IMG/VR virus record: IMGVR_UViG_3300024343_000006
Length of the DNA stretch: 64,000 bases
DNA from: an uncultured virus (IMG/VR IMGVR_UViG_3300024343_000006)
Lineage: Duplodnaviria > Heunggongvirae > Uroviricota > Caudoviricetes
Direction: 5' to 3' (one strand)
In this document: positions 10,760 to 20,588 of the stretch, one piece after another
How the letters are laid out: each line of letters begins with the position of its first letter
Position numbering within the stretch: the stretch's first letter is position 1
Program-made: the position numbers and the translations under genes
The notes under the pieces: model-generated
The model's database searches: none
Seen by the model: only the letters and a program-made list of their open reading frames with translations
What the model was told of the DNA's origin: nothing

Positions 10760-11323
10760 ATGAACTTTGTTAATATATTTCCTTCTATAATTGGGTATAA
10801 TGTAGATAAGCAATTTACAGATAAAATTTTGCCATTTGCAAATGAATACCTTGCGCAAGAAACTAGATTAACATATACCTGGAATTATAAAAACACATAT
10901 GGTAATGATTATGCGATGCGAGATAATAATTTAAAATTTATAAAAAAACGCATATATGATATGTGTTCTGAATATTTACAATCTCAACACAAAGTTGTGC
11001 CAAAGTCTATCGTTATAGAGTTATTTTTTAGTGAAATGGATGTTAATGATCATCATGATGAACATTGTCATCCAAATTGTATTCTTTCTGGAATATTATA
11101 TCTAAAAGTTCCTGATAATTCTGCTCCAATTATTTTTCATGATAGAAGTCCACACAGAGATTATGTGTATATTAAAAATATAGATGACACTGTAGATTTA
11201 ACAAAATATACAGTACCGCCAAAAGATGGGTTGATGTTAATATGGCCATCGTGGATGCAACACCAAGTCCCTTTAAATAAGTCTAATAGTAGAATAACCT
11301 GCGTATTTAATGCAGTATGGTAA
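10760..11323 (+). CDS. Putative 2OG-Fe(II) oxygenase
   Basis: HCHPNCILSGILY...WPSWMQHQV...RITCVFN (HxH..H..R). Confidence 0.8.
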   Translation: MNFVNIFPSIIGYNVDKQFTDKILPFANEYLAQETRLTYTWNYKNTYGNDYAMRDNNLKFIKKRIYDMCSEYLQSQHKVVPKSIVIELFFSEMDVNDHHDEHCHPNCILSGILYLKVPDNSAPIIFHDRSPHRDYVYIKNIDDTVDLTKYTVPPKDGLMLIWPSWMQHQVPLNKSNSRITCVFNAVW

Positions 11324-12807
11324 TGATTAAAATTGAAAAACTTGATGAAGTCTATGTTCGTGTCTTTTCTGATCCTAGCATTGAACAAGAATTAGTAGAC
11401 TTCTTCACATACGAATATCCAGGTGCTAGATTTACACCACAATATCGAGCAAGATTGTGGGATGGTAAAGTGCGTTTGTATGATGCAGTAAGAAAAACTC
11501 TTTATGTTGGTCTTGTTTCTTATGTACAAGAATTTGCCGAAAGGAATAATTATGAACTACAATATGTCAAACCTGAACACTTCTTACAAAATGATATCGT
11601 ATACAGTGACATTGAGCGATGGGTCGAAACACTCAATCCACAATCAAGAAACGAAGCGATCACAGTCAGAGACTACCAGTGCGATGCTATCCATAAAGCA
11701 ATTGCTAGTGACAGAGTACTACTCTTATCGCCGACTGCTTCAGGGAAATCGTTAATAATCTATTCTATCTTACGATGGCATTTAGAAAATAATCGTAAGT
11801 GTATCATTATAGTTCCAACAACATCTCTTGTTGAGCAACTGTACACAGACTTTGAAGATTACTCATCTGCAAATGGATGGGAAACAAAAGTTCATTGTCA
11901 AAAACTTTACAGCGGTTTCACTAAAGACTTTACCAAAGATGTTTTAGTAACAACTTGGCAATCAGTCTATCTACAACCAAAATCTTGGTTCAAACAATTC
12001 GATGTTATCTTTGGTGATGAGGCTCACCAATTTAAAGCCAAATCTCTTACAGGGGTTATGGAAAAGATGGATACAGTCAAGTATCGTATTGGTACAACTG
12101 GAACACTTGACAATAAGAAAATTCATAAATTAGTTCTTGAAGGTGTCTTTGGTCCAATACATAGAGTCACTACAACTAAAGCACTCATGGATTCTGGAAG
12201 GTTGTCTACCCTAAATATAATGTGTGTAATACTGAAGTACAATGAAGAGATTCGTAAAGGGCGAAAAAACAATACGTACCAAGAAGAAATGGATTGGCTT
12301 GTATCTTGTGAACCAAGAAATAAGTTTATTCGAAACTTGGCAGTAAATTCTAAAGGTAATACGCTCGTTCTTTTTCAATACGTTGAAAAGCATGGCAAAG
12401 TCCTATACGAACTTATTAAAAATAAAGTGCATGATAAAAGAAAAGTTTTCTTTGTCTACGGTGGTACTGAAACCACTGATCGAGAAGCAATCCGTCATAT
12501 TACAGAGGGGGAAAGTGACGCCATTATCATTGCTTCTTTTGGTACTTTTAGTACTGGAATTAATATCCCATCATTGGAGAATGTAATTTTTGCGTCTCCA
12601 TCTAAATCAAAGATTCGTAACCTGCAATCGATTGGTCGTGGGTTACGTTTAAAAGAAGGTAAGACTTCTTGTAATCTATTTGATCTTGCAGACGATCTTC
12701 ATTGGAAGTCTTGGAAGAATCATACTTTAAATCATGCTGCAGAAAGATACAAAACGTATGCAGAAGAACAATTTAAAACAAAAATAGTAGAGGTAGACTT
12801 ATGCTAA
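11323..12807 (+). CDS. uvsW: SF2 helicase UvsW
   Basis: SPTASGKS, GDEAH, GTTGT, LQSIGRGLR. Confidence 0.96.
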   Translation: MIKIEKLDEVYVRVFSDPSIEQELVDFFTYEYPGARFTPQYRARLWDGKVRLYDAVRKTLYVGLVSYVQEFAERNNYELQYVKPEHFLQNDIVYSDIERWVETLNPQSRNEAITVRDYQCDAIHKAIASDRVLLLSPTASGKSLIIYSILRWHLENNRKCIIIVPTTSLVEQLYTDFEDYSSANGWETKVHCQKLYSGFTKDFTKDVLVTTWQSVYLQPKSWFKQFDVIFGDEAHQFKAKSLTGVMEKMDTVKYRIGTTGTLDNKKIHKLVLEGVFGPIHRVTTTKALMDSGRLSTLNIMCVILKYNEEIRKGRKNNTYQEEMDWLVSCEPRNKFIRNLAVNSKGNTLVLFQYVEKHGKVLYELIKNKVHDKRKVFFVYGGTETTDREAIRHITEGESDAIIIASFGTFSTGINIPSLENVIFASPSKSKIRNLQSIGRGLRLKEGKTSCNLFDLADDLHWKSWKNHTLNHAAERYKTYAEEQFKTKIVEVDLC

Positions 12808-13253
12808 CAGACAAAGATGTCTATGTTGTTATAAAGTTAACCAATGGGGAACAGGTCATGGCTGTCCTCGAAGAAGAAGATGATAAGTATGTGCAACTTG
12901 GTAGTCCAATGACTATAAGAACTACACCAATAGTTGGTGAGGGGAGAGAACATATCACTGCGCATCCATATTGCCAATTCACAGATGATACATCTTTTTC
13001 TATAGAAAAGAAAAACGTAATGTTTATCAAACGTCTACACGAAATGATGATCCCTCATTATAGACGTATTGTTGCCCAACATAGCAATGATTGGCGAATC
13101 GAAAAGCCTGAACAGGAAGAACCATTTATTAGTTCTAGGGAAGCCAAGAAAAGAATCGCTATGTTGGTAGGTATAGCTGGAGAAGAAGAGGAAGAAGTTG
13201 AAGATACTTCGATACCAAGTACTTACATAGATGGTAACGAGACTAAACATTAG
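12801..13253 (+). CDS. Conserved hypothetical protein (Sm-like N-terminus)
   Basis: VIKLTNGEQV; between uvsW and gp55. Confidence 0.6.
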   Translation: MLTDKDVYVVIKLTNGEQVMAVLEEEDDKYVQLGSPMTIRTTPIVGEGREHITAHPYCQFTDDTSFSIEKKNVMFIKRLHEMMIPHYRRIVAQHSNDWRIEKPEQEEPFISSREAKKRIAMLVGIAGEEEEEVEDTSIPSTYIDGNETKH

Positions 13254-13276
13254 TAGTCATCAACCCTAACACAGTG

Positions 13277-13305
13277 ATTATGTCTCAAGTCAACTATAAA
13301 AGCAA
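13277..13305 (-). promoter_or_regulatory. Minus-strand sigma70-like promoter, divergent from the gp55 promoter
   Basis: Reverse complement reads TTGCTT-17bp-CATAAT. Confidence 0.55.
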
Positions 13306-13329
13306 ATCTAAATTGTAATAAAAATATAT

Positions 13330-13358
13330 TTGTCTTTCTGTCATCGATGATGTATACT
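13330..13358 (+). promoter_or_regulatory. Sigma70-like promoter for gp55
   Basis: TTGTCT-17bp-TATACT. Confidence 0.75.
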
Positions 13359-13393
13359 ATGTGTAGTTTGAATTAAAGGATAAAAGAAATGCT

Positions 13394-14029
13394 ATGGCTC
13401 ACTACGTAAACAACGCAGATTTTCTCGCAGCAATTGTTGAGATGCGACAAAAATATCAACATGCAAAAGAAAACAATCTCCCAACACCCCAAGTAAGCAA
13501 TTATATTGGTGAGTGCATTCTAAAGATAGCAACGCACTTATCATACAAACCTAACTTTCTAAACTACTCTTATCGAGATGAAATGATCTCGGATGGTATA
13601 GAAAATTGTCTGCAATATATTAATAACTTTGATCCTGCAAAATCCAATAATCCTTTCGCATATTTTACACAGATTATCTACTATGCATTTCTTCGTAGGA
13701 TTGCCAAGGAAAAGAAACAGTCTTACATTAAAGGTAAGTTGATTCAGGACATGCCATTCGAGATGTTCGAGTTACAAGAGCAAGATGAGACAGGTGAATT
13801 TAAGAATGCTTATTTAGATTTTATGCAGAACAATCATACCTTTGATGACTTTATCGATCGTAAGAAAGAAAAGGTTGCAAAGAGAAAAATGGAAAATACG
13901 TTGAACGCATTTATAGATGATGAGGTAAAAGATGGAACGATCGATACAGGATTGGATAGCGGAATTGAGCAAGGGAGTGAGCAGTCGCAAGTTTCCTTCG
14001 ATTCGGAGACGCAGAAGCAAAGTAAATAA
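13394..14029 (+). CDS. gp55: Late-transcription sigma factor
   Basis: HYVNNADF, YIGECILKIA, NPFAYFTQIIYYAFLRRIAKEKKQ. Confidence 0.96.
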   Translation: MAHYVNNADFLAAIVEMRQKYQHAKENNLPTPQVSNYIGECILKIATHLSYKPNFLNYSYRDEMISDGIENCLQYINNFDPAKSNNPFAYFTQIIYYAFLRRIAKEKKQSYIKGKLIQDMPFEMFELQEQDETGEFKNAYLDFMQNNHTFDDFIDRKKEKVAKRKMENTLNAFIDDEVKDGTIDTGLDSGIEQGSEQSQVSFDSETQKQSK

Positions 14030-15110
14030 AAGAACTATCAAGAAATTTGCTTGGGATTCAAGCGATAATCAATTTGCATTGAATAAAATTATGAACGAAA
14101 ATACAAACGAAAAAATCTTTCTCGGTGTTAGTGACTTTGATGACTTAATCACTTCAGAGATCCTGAAGCGTCGTGTTGAAGCTGGCCAACGTACTATTCA
14201 TCGTGAAACCAGTGTTCTCTGCAATCGAGAACAGTGGGCTGAATGGGCAGAGGAAATGTTTAAAGACGACCTCCATGTCCAAGGTAATTCCTCTAATGGT
14301 CTTATCATTGAACGTGATACAAACAATTACATTCGCTTTGATGTGAACAGTAATACTGTTTCTGTTCGTGCTTATGGTGATGCAGATTTTGCAGATGCTA
14401 TTGTTGCGACAGTTGAATCTAACTTTGATATCGTAACATCTCACATCGAATGGGTTTATGGTAGCGATGGTAACTCTGTCAATGTACCACTGAATCGTGA
14501 TCGTCTCCCAGTCGATGAAATGTATCCATTTCTAGATGGTGAAACACTTGGTGATTATTATGAACGCTACATGGCGTCTTCAGCGAATATCCTACTGTTG
14601 ATTGGTCCTCCAGGAACTGGCAAGACTACATTCATTCGTGGATTGTTAGCACATACAAACTCATCCGCAATCGTTTCATACGATTCTACGATTCTTGAGA
14701 AGGATGGTTTCTTTGCTCGCTTTATCGAGAGTGATGACAACGTAATGGTTCTTGAAGACTCTGATGCATTTTTAAAATCTCGCACTGATGGAAACACCAT
14801 GATGCATCGTTTCCTAAATGTGGGTGATGGTCTTGTTACAACCAAAGGTAAGAAGATGATCTTCTCTACCAATCTCCCATCTATTCGTGATGTTGACTCT
14901 GCATTGGTTCGTCCAGGACGTTGCTTTGATATTCTAACTTTCGATACATTGAATGTTGAACAAGCAAACAACCTTGCTAAACGTCTTGGTGTTAATTTGG
15001 CTGTTCGTAAACGTGGTGATGAAACAAAACCATATAGCATCGCTGAGGTCTTCAATCAAAAGACTGAAGGTATGTCAACTGCATCATCTAGAAGGGTTGG
15101 TTTTATCTAA
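13932..15110 (+). CDS. AAA+ ATPase
   Basis: GPPGTGKT, VLEDSD, SALVRPGRCFD; SD GAGGT before 13932 (alternative start 14091). Confidence 0.85.
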   Translation: MERSIQDWIAELSKGVSSRKFPSIRRRRSKVNKRTIKKFAWDSSDNQFALNKIMNENTNEKIFLGVSDFDDLITSEILKRRVEAGQRTIHRETSVLCNREQWAEWAEEMFKDDLHVQGNSSNGLIIERDTNNYIRFDVNSNTVSVRAYGDADFADAIVATVESNFDIVTSHIEWVYGSDGNSVNVPLNRDRLPVDEMYPFLDGETLGDYYERYMASSANILLLIGPPGTGKTTFIRGLLAHTNSSAIVSYDSTILEKDGFFARFIESDDNVMVLEDSDAFLKSRTDGNTMMHRFLNVGDGLVTTKGKKMIFSTNLPSIRDVDSALVRPGRCFDILTFDTLNVEQANNLAKRLGVNLAVRKRGDETKPYSIAEVFNQKTEGMSTASSRRVGFI

Positions 15111-15250
15111 TGTATAAAGTAAGATATTACATGGCTGGGAGCAATCAAAGAGTATGTAAGATTTTTAAAACTCTTACAGAAGCTGTGGAGTTTTCTAATA
15201 CCAAAGTGGGTATTAATGATGTATATGAGATCGTGAAAGTTGAAGAATGA
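15110..15250 (+). CDS. Small hypothetical protein (46 aa, not in ORF track)
   Basis: MYKVRYY...VKVEE; start and stop overlap both neighbours. Confidence 0.6.
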   Translation: MYKVRYYMAGSNQRVCKIFKTLTEAVEFSNTKVGINDVYEIVKVEE

Positions 15251-16302
15251 AAGTAGCAATTATTACAGACCAACACTTCGGTGCTCGTAATGATAGTATT
15301 ACTTTTCTAGATTTCTATCAGAACTTTTATGATAATACTTTCTTTCCTACTATCGACTCAGCTGGTATTGATACTGTTCTTATTCTTGGTGATACTTTTG
15401 ATAGACGTAAATATGTAAATTTCTATTCTCTACAAAGAGCCAAAGAAATGTTCTTTGATAAATTAGAAGAACGTGGAATAACAGTTTATATGTTGGCTGG
15501 TAACCATGATACATACTACAAAAATACCAATGATGTAAACTCTCCAGATTTGTTACTGACACAATACAATAATATTGAAGTGATAGACAGCCCCAAAACT
15601 ATTAATCTAAATGGTTTTGATGTTTGTATGGTTCCATGGATTTGTGCAGAAAATTATGAAGAGTCTATTGATGTTATGAAGAACACCCCAGCAACACTTT
15701 GCATGGGGCATTTTGAGATTGCAGGATTCGCAATGTATAGGGGAATGGAATCACATGAAGGACTTTCTAAAGAAACTTTCGATAAATTTGATATGGTATT
15801 CTCTGGGCATTATCACCATCGTTCTAATGATAACCACATTTATTATCTCGGAAATCCGTACGAACTTACATGGCAAGACCATAACGATCCCAGAGGATTT
15901 CATCTGTTCGATCTCGAGAACAGACAACTTGGATTCATTCAAAATCCTTATACAATGTTCACGAGAATCGAATACAACGACAAAGAAGTTGAACCAATCG
16001 ACTTAACATCACTTGATCTAAATGGTAAGTATGTAAAGTTAATTGTTGTTAACAAAACTGACTACTATAAATTTGACAAGTTTACGCAACTGTTGTATAA
16101 TAAGGGTTGCGCAGACATTAAGATTATTGAAGATCTTTCTGAATTTCAAGAAGGCGAAATCAATGAAGACATCAACTTAGAAGATACAGTTTCTGTTCTC
16201 TCTAATTTTATTGATTCAATAGAAACTGATGTTGACAAAGAAAAAGTTAAATCATACATGCGAGGTTTATATACTGAAGCGATTAATATTGAGGTTGTTT
16301 GA
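15247..16302 (+). CDS. gp47: Recombination nuclease, Mre11/SbcD-like
   Basis: TDQHFG, LGDTFD, AGNHD, SGHYH. Confidence 0.96.
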   Translation: MKVAIITDQHFGARNDSITFLDFYQNFYDNTFFPTIDSAGIDTVLILGDTFDRRKYVNFYSLQRAKEMFFDKLEERGITVYMLAGNHDTYYKNTNDVNSPDLLLTQYNNIEVIDSPKTINLNGFDVCMVPWICAENYEESIDVMKNTPATLCMGHFEIAGFAMYRGMESHEGLSKETFDKFDMVFSGHYHHRSNDNHIYYLGNPYELTWQDHNDPRGFHLFDLENRQLGFIQNPYTMFTRIEYNDKEVEPIDLTSLDLNGKYVKLIVVNKTDYYKFDKFTQLLYNKGCADIKIIEDLSEFQEGEINEDINLEDTVSVLSNFIDSIETDVDKEKVKSYMRGLYTEAINIEVV

Positions 16303-18020
16303 TGATTGTTTTTAAAAGTGTAAGTTGGAAGAATTTTTTATCTACTGGCAACTCATCGAACAAAGTTCTCCTAAACAAATCCCAAACTACTTTAATCATT
16401 GGTAAAAATGGTGAGGGTAAAAGCACAATCTTAGATGCATTGTGCTTTTCATTATTTGGAAAACCCTTTCGTAGTATTAACAAGGGGCAACTAGTAAACT
16501 CTATTAATGGTAAGGGTTGTTTAGTTGAGATAGAACTTTCTATCGGTACCAAAGACTACAAAATAGTACGTGGAATAAAGCCAAACATCTTTGAAATCTG
16601 GTGTGATGGTATCATGTTAAATCAAGATGCTGCTTCTCGTGATTACCAGAAGGTACTAGAACAGCAAATTCTTCGACTGAATTATAAGACATTCACTCAG
16701 GTAGTTATTCTCGGTTCTGCATCATTCGTTCCATTCATGCAGCTGACACCACTACAAAGAAGAGAAGTTATTGAGGATATTCTTGACATTAGAATTTTCT
16801 CTACAATGAATTCATTATTGAAAGAAAAGGTGCAGGAGACTAAAGATGCTATACTACGCATTGAGAGCGAAATTAAAAGCGCAAAGGACAAGGTTGAAAG
16901 CCAGCAAGCAATCATCAGAACTATCGCAGAAGCGAAGTCCAGTGCTATCGAAAGTATCGTATCAAAAATATCTGCTAACAATGATGAGATTCTATCTGTC
17001 GAGGGGGAGATCGAATCTATCGTTTCGGAGATCACTGCTCTTCAAACAAGCATCGATGATAAAGAAACTGTATCTGAAGACATTGACAAAGCCAAATCAA
17101 TCCGTAGTAAGTTGCTCCAGAAAATCGAAACTTGCGAGCACAACACAGAGTTTTTTAGCGAACACGATGTTTGTCCATCGTGTAGCCAAGATATCCCAGA
17201 GGAATACAAAGAAGGTATTATCAAGGATCTTAATTCGAAACTGTTGGACAATAACACAAAGATTGGTGAACTCGAAACCATTCTCACAAATCTCCAATCG
17301 AAACTATCGCAAATTAACGAAGTGGTTGGGCAAATTACAACCAAGAACATTGAGTTATCTACAAGGAACTCTACTGTCACCTTACTTAACAAACAAATCA
17401 AAGAACTTGAAGCTGAGACCCAAAGGGTTAAATCTGACACAACTAATATCGATGAAGAGAAGGGTAAGTTAAAAGATCTCGCAACTAATGCTCTAGAAAA
17501 GATTAACAATAAAAATAGTTTAATGGATCAACGTAACTTAGAAGAAGTTGCTTCTGTTCTTCTTAAAGATACTGGTATCAAGACAGCAATCATACGTGAG
17601 TATCTTCCTGCAATGAACAAATTGATTAATAAATACCTACAAGCAATGGATGCATATATTCATTTCGAACTTGACGAATCGTTCAATGAATCTGTGAAGT
17701 CTCGCTATCGTGATGACTTTACATATGCAAGTTTCTCTGAAGGTGAAAAGATGCGTATCGATCTCGCTATCCTTTTCACATGGCGTCAGATTGCAAAGAT
17801 GAAGAACAGTGTCAACACTAATCTTCTATTGCTTGATGAGATTTTTGATTCATCTCTTGACACTGCAGGAACTGATTACTTCCTCAACCTAATGAATCAG
17901 TTTGGTGACAATACAAACATCTTTGTAATCAGCCATAAAGGTGATCAACTCTTTGATAAGTTTAGGTCTGTAGTGAAGTTTGAGAAGCGCAATGACTTCT
18001 CAGTGATAGTCCCGAACTAA
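16299..18020 (+). CDS. gp46: Recombination ATPase, Rad50/SbcC-like
   Basis: GKNGEGKS, zinc hook CPSC, FSEGEK, LLDEIFD. Confidence 0.97.
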   Translation: MMIVFKSVSWKNFLSTGNSSNKVLLNKSQTTLIIGKNGEGKSTILDALCFSLFGKPFRSINKGQLVNSINGKGCLVEIELSIGTKDYKIVRGIKPNIFEIWCDGIMLNQDAASRDYQKVLEQQILRLNYKTFTQVVILGSASFVPFMQLTPLQRREVIEDILDIRIFSTMNSLLKEKVQETKDAILRIESEIKSAKDKVESQQAIIRTIAEAKSSAIESIVSKISANNDEILSVEGEIESIVSEITALQTSIDDKETVSEDIDKAKSIRSKLLQKIETCEHNTEFFSEHDVCPSCSQDIPEEYKEGIIKDLNSKLLDNNTKIGELETILTNLQSKLSQINEVVGQITTKNIELSTRNSTVTLLNKQIKELEAETQRVKSDTTNIDEEKGKLKDLATNALEKINNKNSLMDQRNLEEVASVLLKDTGIKTAIIREYLPAMNKLINKYLQAMDAYIHFELDESFNESVKSRYRDDFTYASFSEGEKMRIDLAILFTWRQIAKMKNSVNTNLLLLDEIFDSSLDTAGTDYFLNLMNQFGDNTNIFVISHKGDQLFDKFRSVVKFEKRNDFSVIVPN

Positions 18021-18107
18021 TCCCCTACGAGGAGTAGGGGAATGTAAGTTGTTGATTTTACAGGGTTTTTTCAGGGGCTTGTCTTTTATCTAAAACTGGT
18101 GCATAAT
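18021..18107 (+). promoter_or_regulatory. Early promoter cassette 1: palindrome + IHF-like box + promoter
   Basis: TCCCCTAC-N5-GTAGGGGA (18021-41); TAAGTTGTTGATT (18045-57); TTGTCT-17-CATAAT (18079-18107). Confidence 0.7.
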
Positions 18108-18132
18108 TCACTCTATTGAATCGGAGAAAATT

Positions 18133-18291
18133 ATGTGGAATGAATTTAGTGACTTTGAACTAGCCGAGTTGGCTGCAATGTATGGTCTTGAGGAAGAACT
18201 TGTGTTCTGCAATGACCTTTCCCTAGCGAATCGTACTCACATCGAGTCACGATTGACCGAAGTAGAATACGATATGGCTTACGGAGAATAA
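18133..18291 (+). CDS. Small acidic early protein (52 aa, not in ORF track)
   Basis: SD GGAG; MWNEFSDFELAEL...YGE. Confidence 0.65.
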   Translation: MWNEFSDFELAELAAMYGLEEELVFCNDLSLANRTHIESRLTEVEYDMAYGE

Positions 18292-18292
18292 T

Positions 18293-20464
18293 ATGAACAT
18301 CAAAGCATCTGACCTTTCCGCACGTCTTCTTGCCAATGAGAATCTTTCAGTGATTCGTGCAAGAACACGCACTGCATCTTTTGACATCAAAGCACGTGTG
18401 TTGACTTTACCAGTCTGGAAAGATATGACTCCAGAGATTGAAGATATGCTAACTGGTCACGAAGTTGGCCATGCCTTGTATACTGGTGACGAATACTTGG
18501 TTCCAATTCAAGAAGATCGTAAAATTATGACTTACCTCAACGTACTCGAAGATGTACGTATTGAGAAAATGATCAAACGTAAGTATCCAGGACTGCGTAA
18601 ACGCATGAACGAAGGATATAAACAACTCAATGATCGTGACTTCTTTGGTGTAAAACAAGTCCAGAATTTTGATGACTTGTTACTCATCGACAAAATCAAT
18701 CTATATTTCAAAGCAGGATTCCAGTGTGGAGTTACATTCACACCTGAAGAAAGGTTGTTTGTCAATCGTGCTGAACGCACAGAGACCATTGATGAAGTGG
18801 TTGAATTGGCTAAAGAAATTTATGGTTTCTCGAAAGAAGAATTACAGGAAAAAAAGAAACGTGTCCTTATTGAAGATCCAGAAGAACTTGAAGAATCTAA
18901 CGAAGAGCCAGAAGGCGAATTTGATGACATCGATGACTATGAAGACAATTGGGATCAAGAAGATTCTGATGAAGATCAAGATGAAAAGAGTAGTCGTAAA
19001 ACCCATGGTGGAAAATCCACTGAGTCTGACGATGAGCCATCTATCTCTGAAGAAGAACTTGAGTCTAAGACTGATCGAAATTTTGCTGATAAATTGCAAG
19101 ATTTGGCTGATGACAGCACGCAATATAACTATGTTAAATTCGATGACAAATACTTCAAAGATCCTATTGTTGGTTACAAAACCATCCTCAATGAAACCAT
19201 TGACAACTGGTATACAGAAGACAAGAATGGTAATACCAAAGAAATGACTGCTGATGAACGCAATCAATTTGCATTGGATCGTGCTAAGTATGATAAATTC
19301 AAAACAGATTCTACACGTGCAGTGAATTATCTGGTCAAAGAATTCGAGATGCGTAAGTCTGCAGCCCTGTACAAACGTGCTCAGGTCTCCAAGACTGGTT
19401 CATTGGATATGAAACGTGTCTGGTCTTACACACTTAATGATGACTTGTTCAAACGTGTCAGTGTCGTACCACAGGGTAAAAACCATGGTATGCTTTTCTT
19501 GCTGGACTGGTCTGGTTCAATGGATGGCGTTATGGAAGATACCTTGAAACAGGTTATCAATTTGGCAATGTTCTGTGCACGTATTCAAATTCCATATCGT
19601 GTGCTTGCTTTCACTTCTCAATACGGTGATCGTAATCCTGATAATTATGACAAACAACGTGAGTGGCATCGTATTCACAATGAGTATTTGAATGCAAACA
19701 ATATACTGGTGACGAATAATAATTTCTCGTTATTAGAATTGTTTTCGAACAAGATGACTACCAGCGAATTCCATACGATGGCTCGTCGTGTAACTAACTA
19801 CAAATTCTTTTGGAATGATGGTTACAGTATGGGTGGAACACCATTGAACGAAGCATTGGTATGGGTTTACAATAATCTTGGAACTTATACTAAACAAAAT
19901 GCTATCGAGAAGATGACACTCATTACCTTAACTGATGGTGAAGGTAGTGCATTGTATACTGTCAATAGTAGTATGCAAGAGCATGAGAATGTGTATTCCA
20001 CTAGTGGTTACAAAAGGATCAAACACAAATACTTTATTCGTGATGATAAAACACAGAAAACTTATCAGCTGAATAAAAATTCTAATGAACAAACATCTAC
20101 GATTATTCAGATGATCAAAGATCGTCACAACTGCGTGGTTGTTGGATTTTATATCTGCCGTAATGCTCGTCGTGATTTATGTTCTGCGATTCGTTCAAAC
20201 TTACCAGTCTTTTCAGGTAATGAATACAATATCATTGATACTTGGAGAAAAGAGTTTCGTGATCAAGGATTCGCTTCAATCAAAGGCACTGGTCGTGATG
20301 ACTTGTTCTTAGTCCCACAGTCTTCTACGAAGATTGTTGAGGGTGAGTTGGAAGTGAAAGAAGATGCAAACGCTAAGGCAATTGCAAAGAACTTCAGCAA
20401 ATTCCTCAATGTAAAACAGACTAGCCGAGTCCTCCTGAATCGGTTCGTGGGATACGTTGCGTAA
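18293..20464 (+). CDS. CobT-like protein: HEXXH metallopeptidase-like domain, acidic linker, vWA domain
   Basis: GHEVGHAL; MIDAS DWSGSM, GGTPL, LTDGEG. Confidence 0.85.
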   Translation: MNIKASDLSARLLANENLSVIRARTRTASFDIKARVLTLPVWKDMTPEIEDMLTGHEVGHALYTGDEYLVPIQEDRKIMTYLNVLEDVRIEKMIKRKYPGLRKRMNEGYKQLNDRDFFGVKQVQNFDDLLLIDKINLYFKAGFQCGVTFTPEERLFVNRAERTETIDEVVELAKEIYGFSKEELQEKKKRVLIEDPEELEESNEEPEGEFDDIDDYEDNWDQEDSDEDQDEKSSRKTHGGKSTESDDEPSISEEELESKTDRNFADKLQDLADDSTQYNYVKFDDKYFKDPIVGYKTILNETIDNWYTEDKNGNTKEMTADERNQFALDRAKYDKFKTDSTRAVNYLVKEFEMRKSAALYKRAQVSKTGSLDMKRVWSYTLNDDLFKRVSVVPQGKNHGMLFLLDWSGSMDGVMEDTLKQVINLAMFCARIQIPYRVLAFTSQYGDRNPDNYDKQREWHRIHNEYLNANNILVTNNNFSLLELFSNKMTTSEFHTMARRVTNYKFFWNDGYSMGGTPLNEALVWVYNNLGTYTKQNAIEKMTLITLTDGEGSALYTVNSSMQEHENVYSTSGYKRIKHKYFIRDDKTQKTYQLNKNSNEQTSTIIQMIKDRHNCVVVGFYICRNARRDLCSAIRSNLPVFSGNEYNIIDTWRKEFRDQGFASIKGTGRDDLFLVPQSSTKIVEGELEVKEDANAKAIAKNFSKFLNVKQTSRVLLNRFVGYVA

Positions 20465-20554
20465 GTTGTTGATTTTACAGGTGAAAATAATCCCATACAA
20501 AGTGTAGGGGAATTCCCAAAAAGGCTTGTCTTTGATTGCAGTTTAGGGAATAAT
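20461..20554 (+). promoter_or_regulatory. Early promoter cassette 2: IHF-like box + palindrome + promoter
   Basis: 21-nt identity with 18044-18064; TCCCATAC-N5-GTAGGGGA (20491-511); TTGTCT-17-AATAAT. Confidence 0.7.
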
Positions 20555-20588
20555 ACAGTTATTGATTGGTTGTTATATTATGGAGAAA

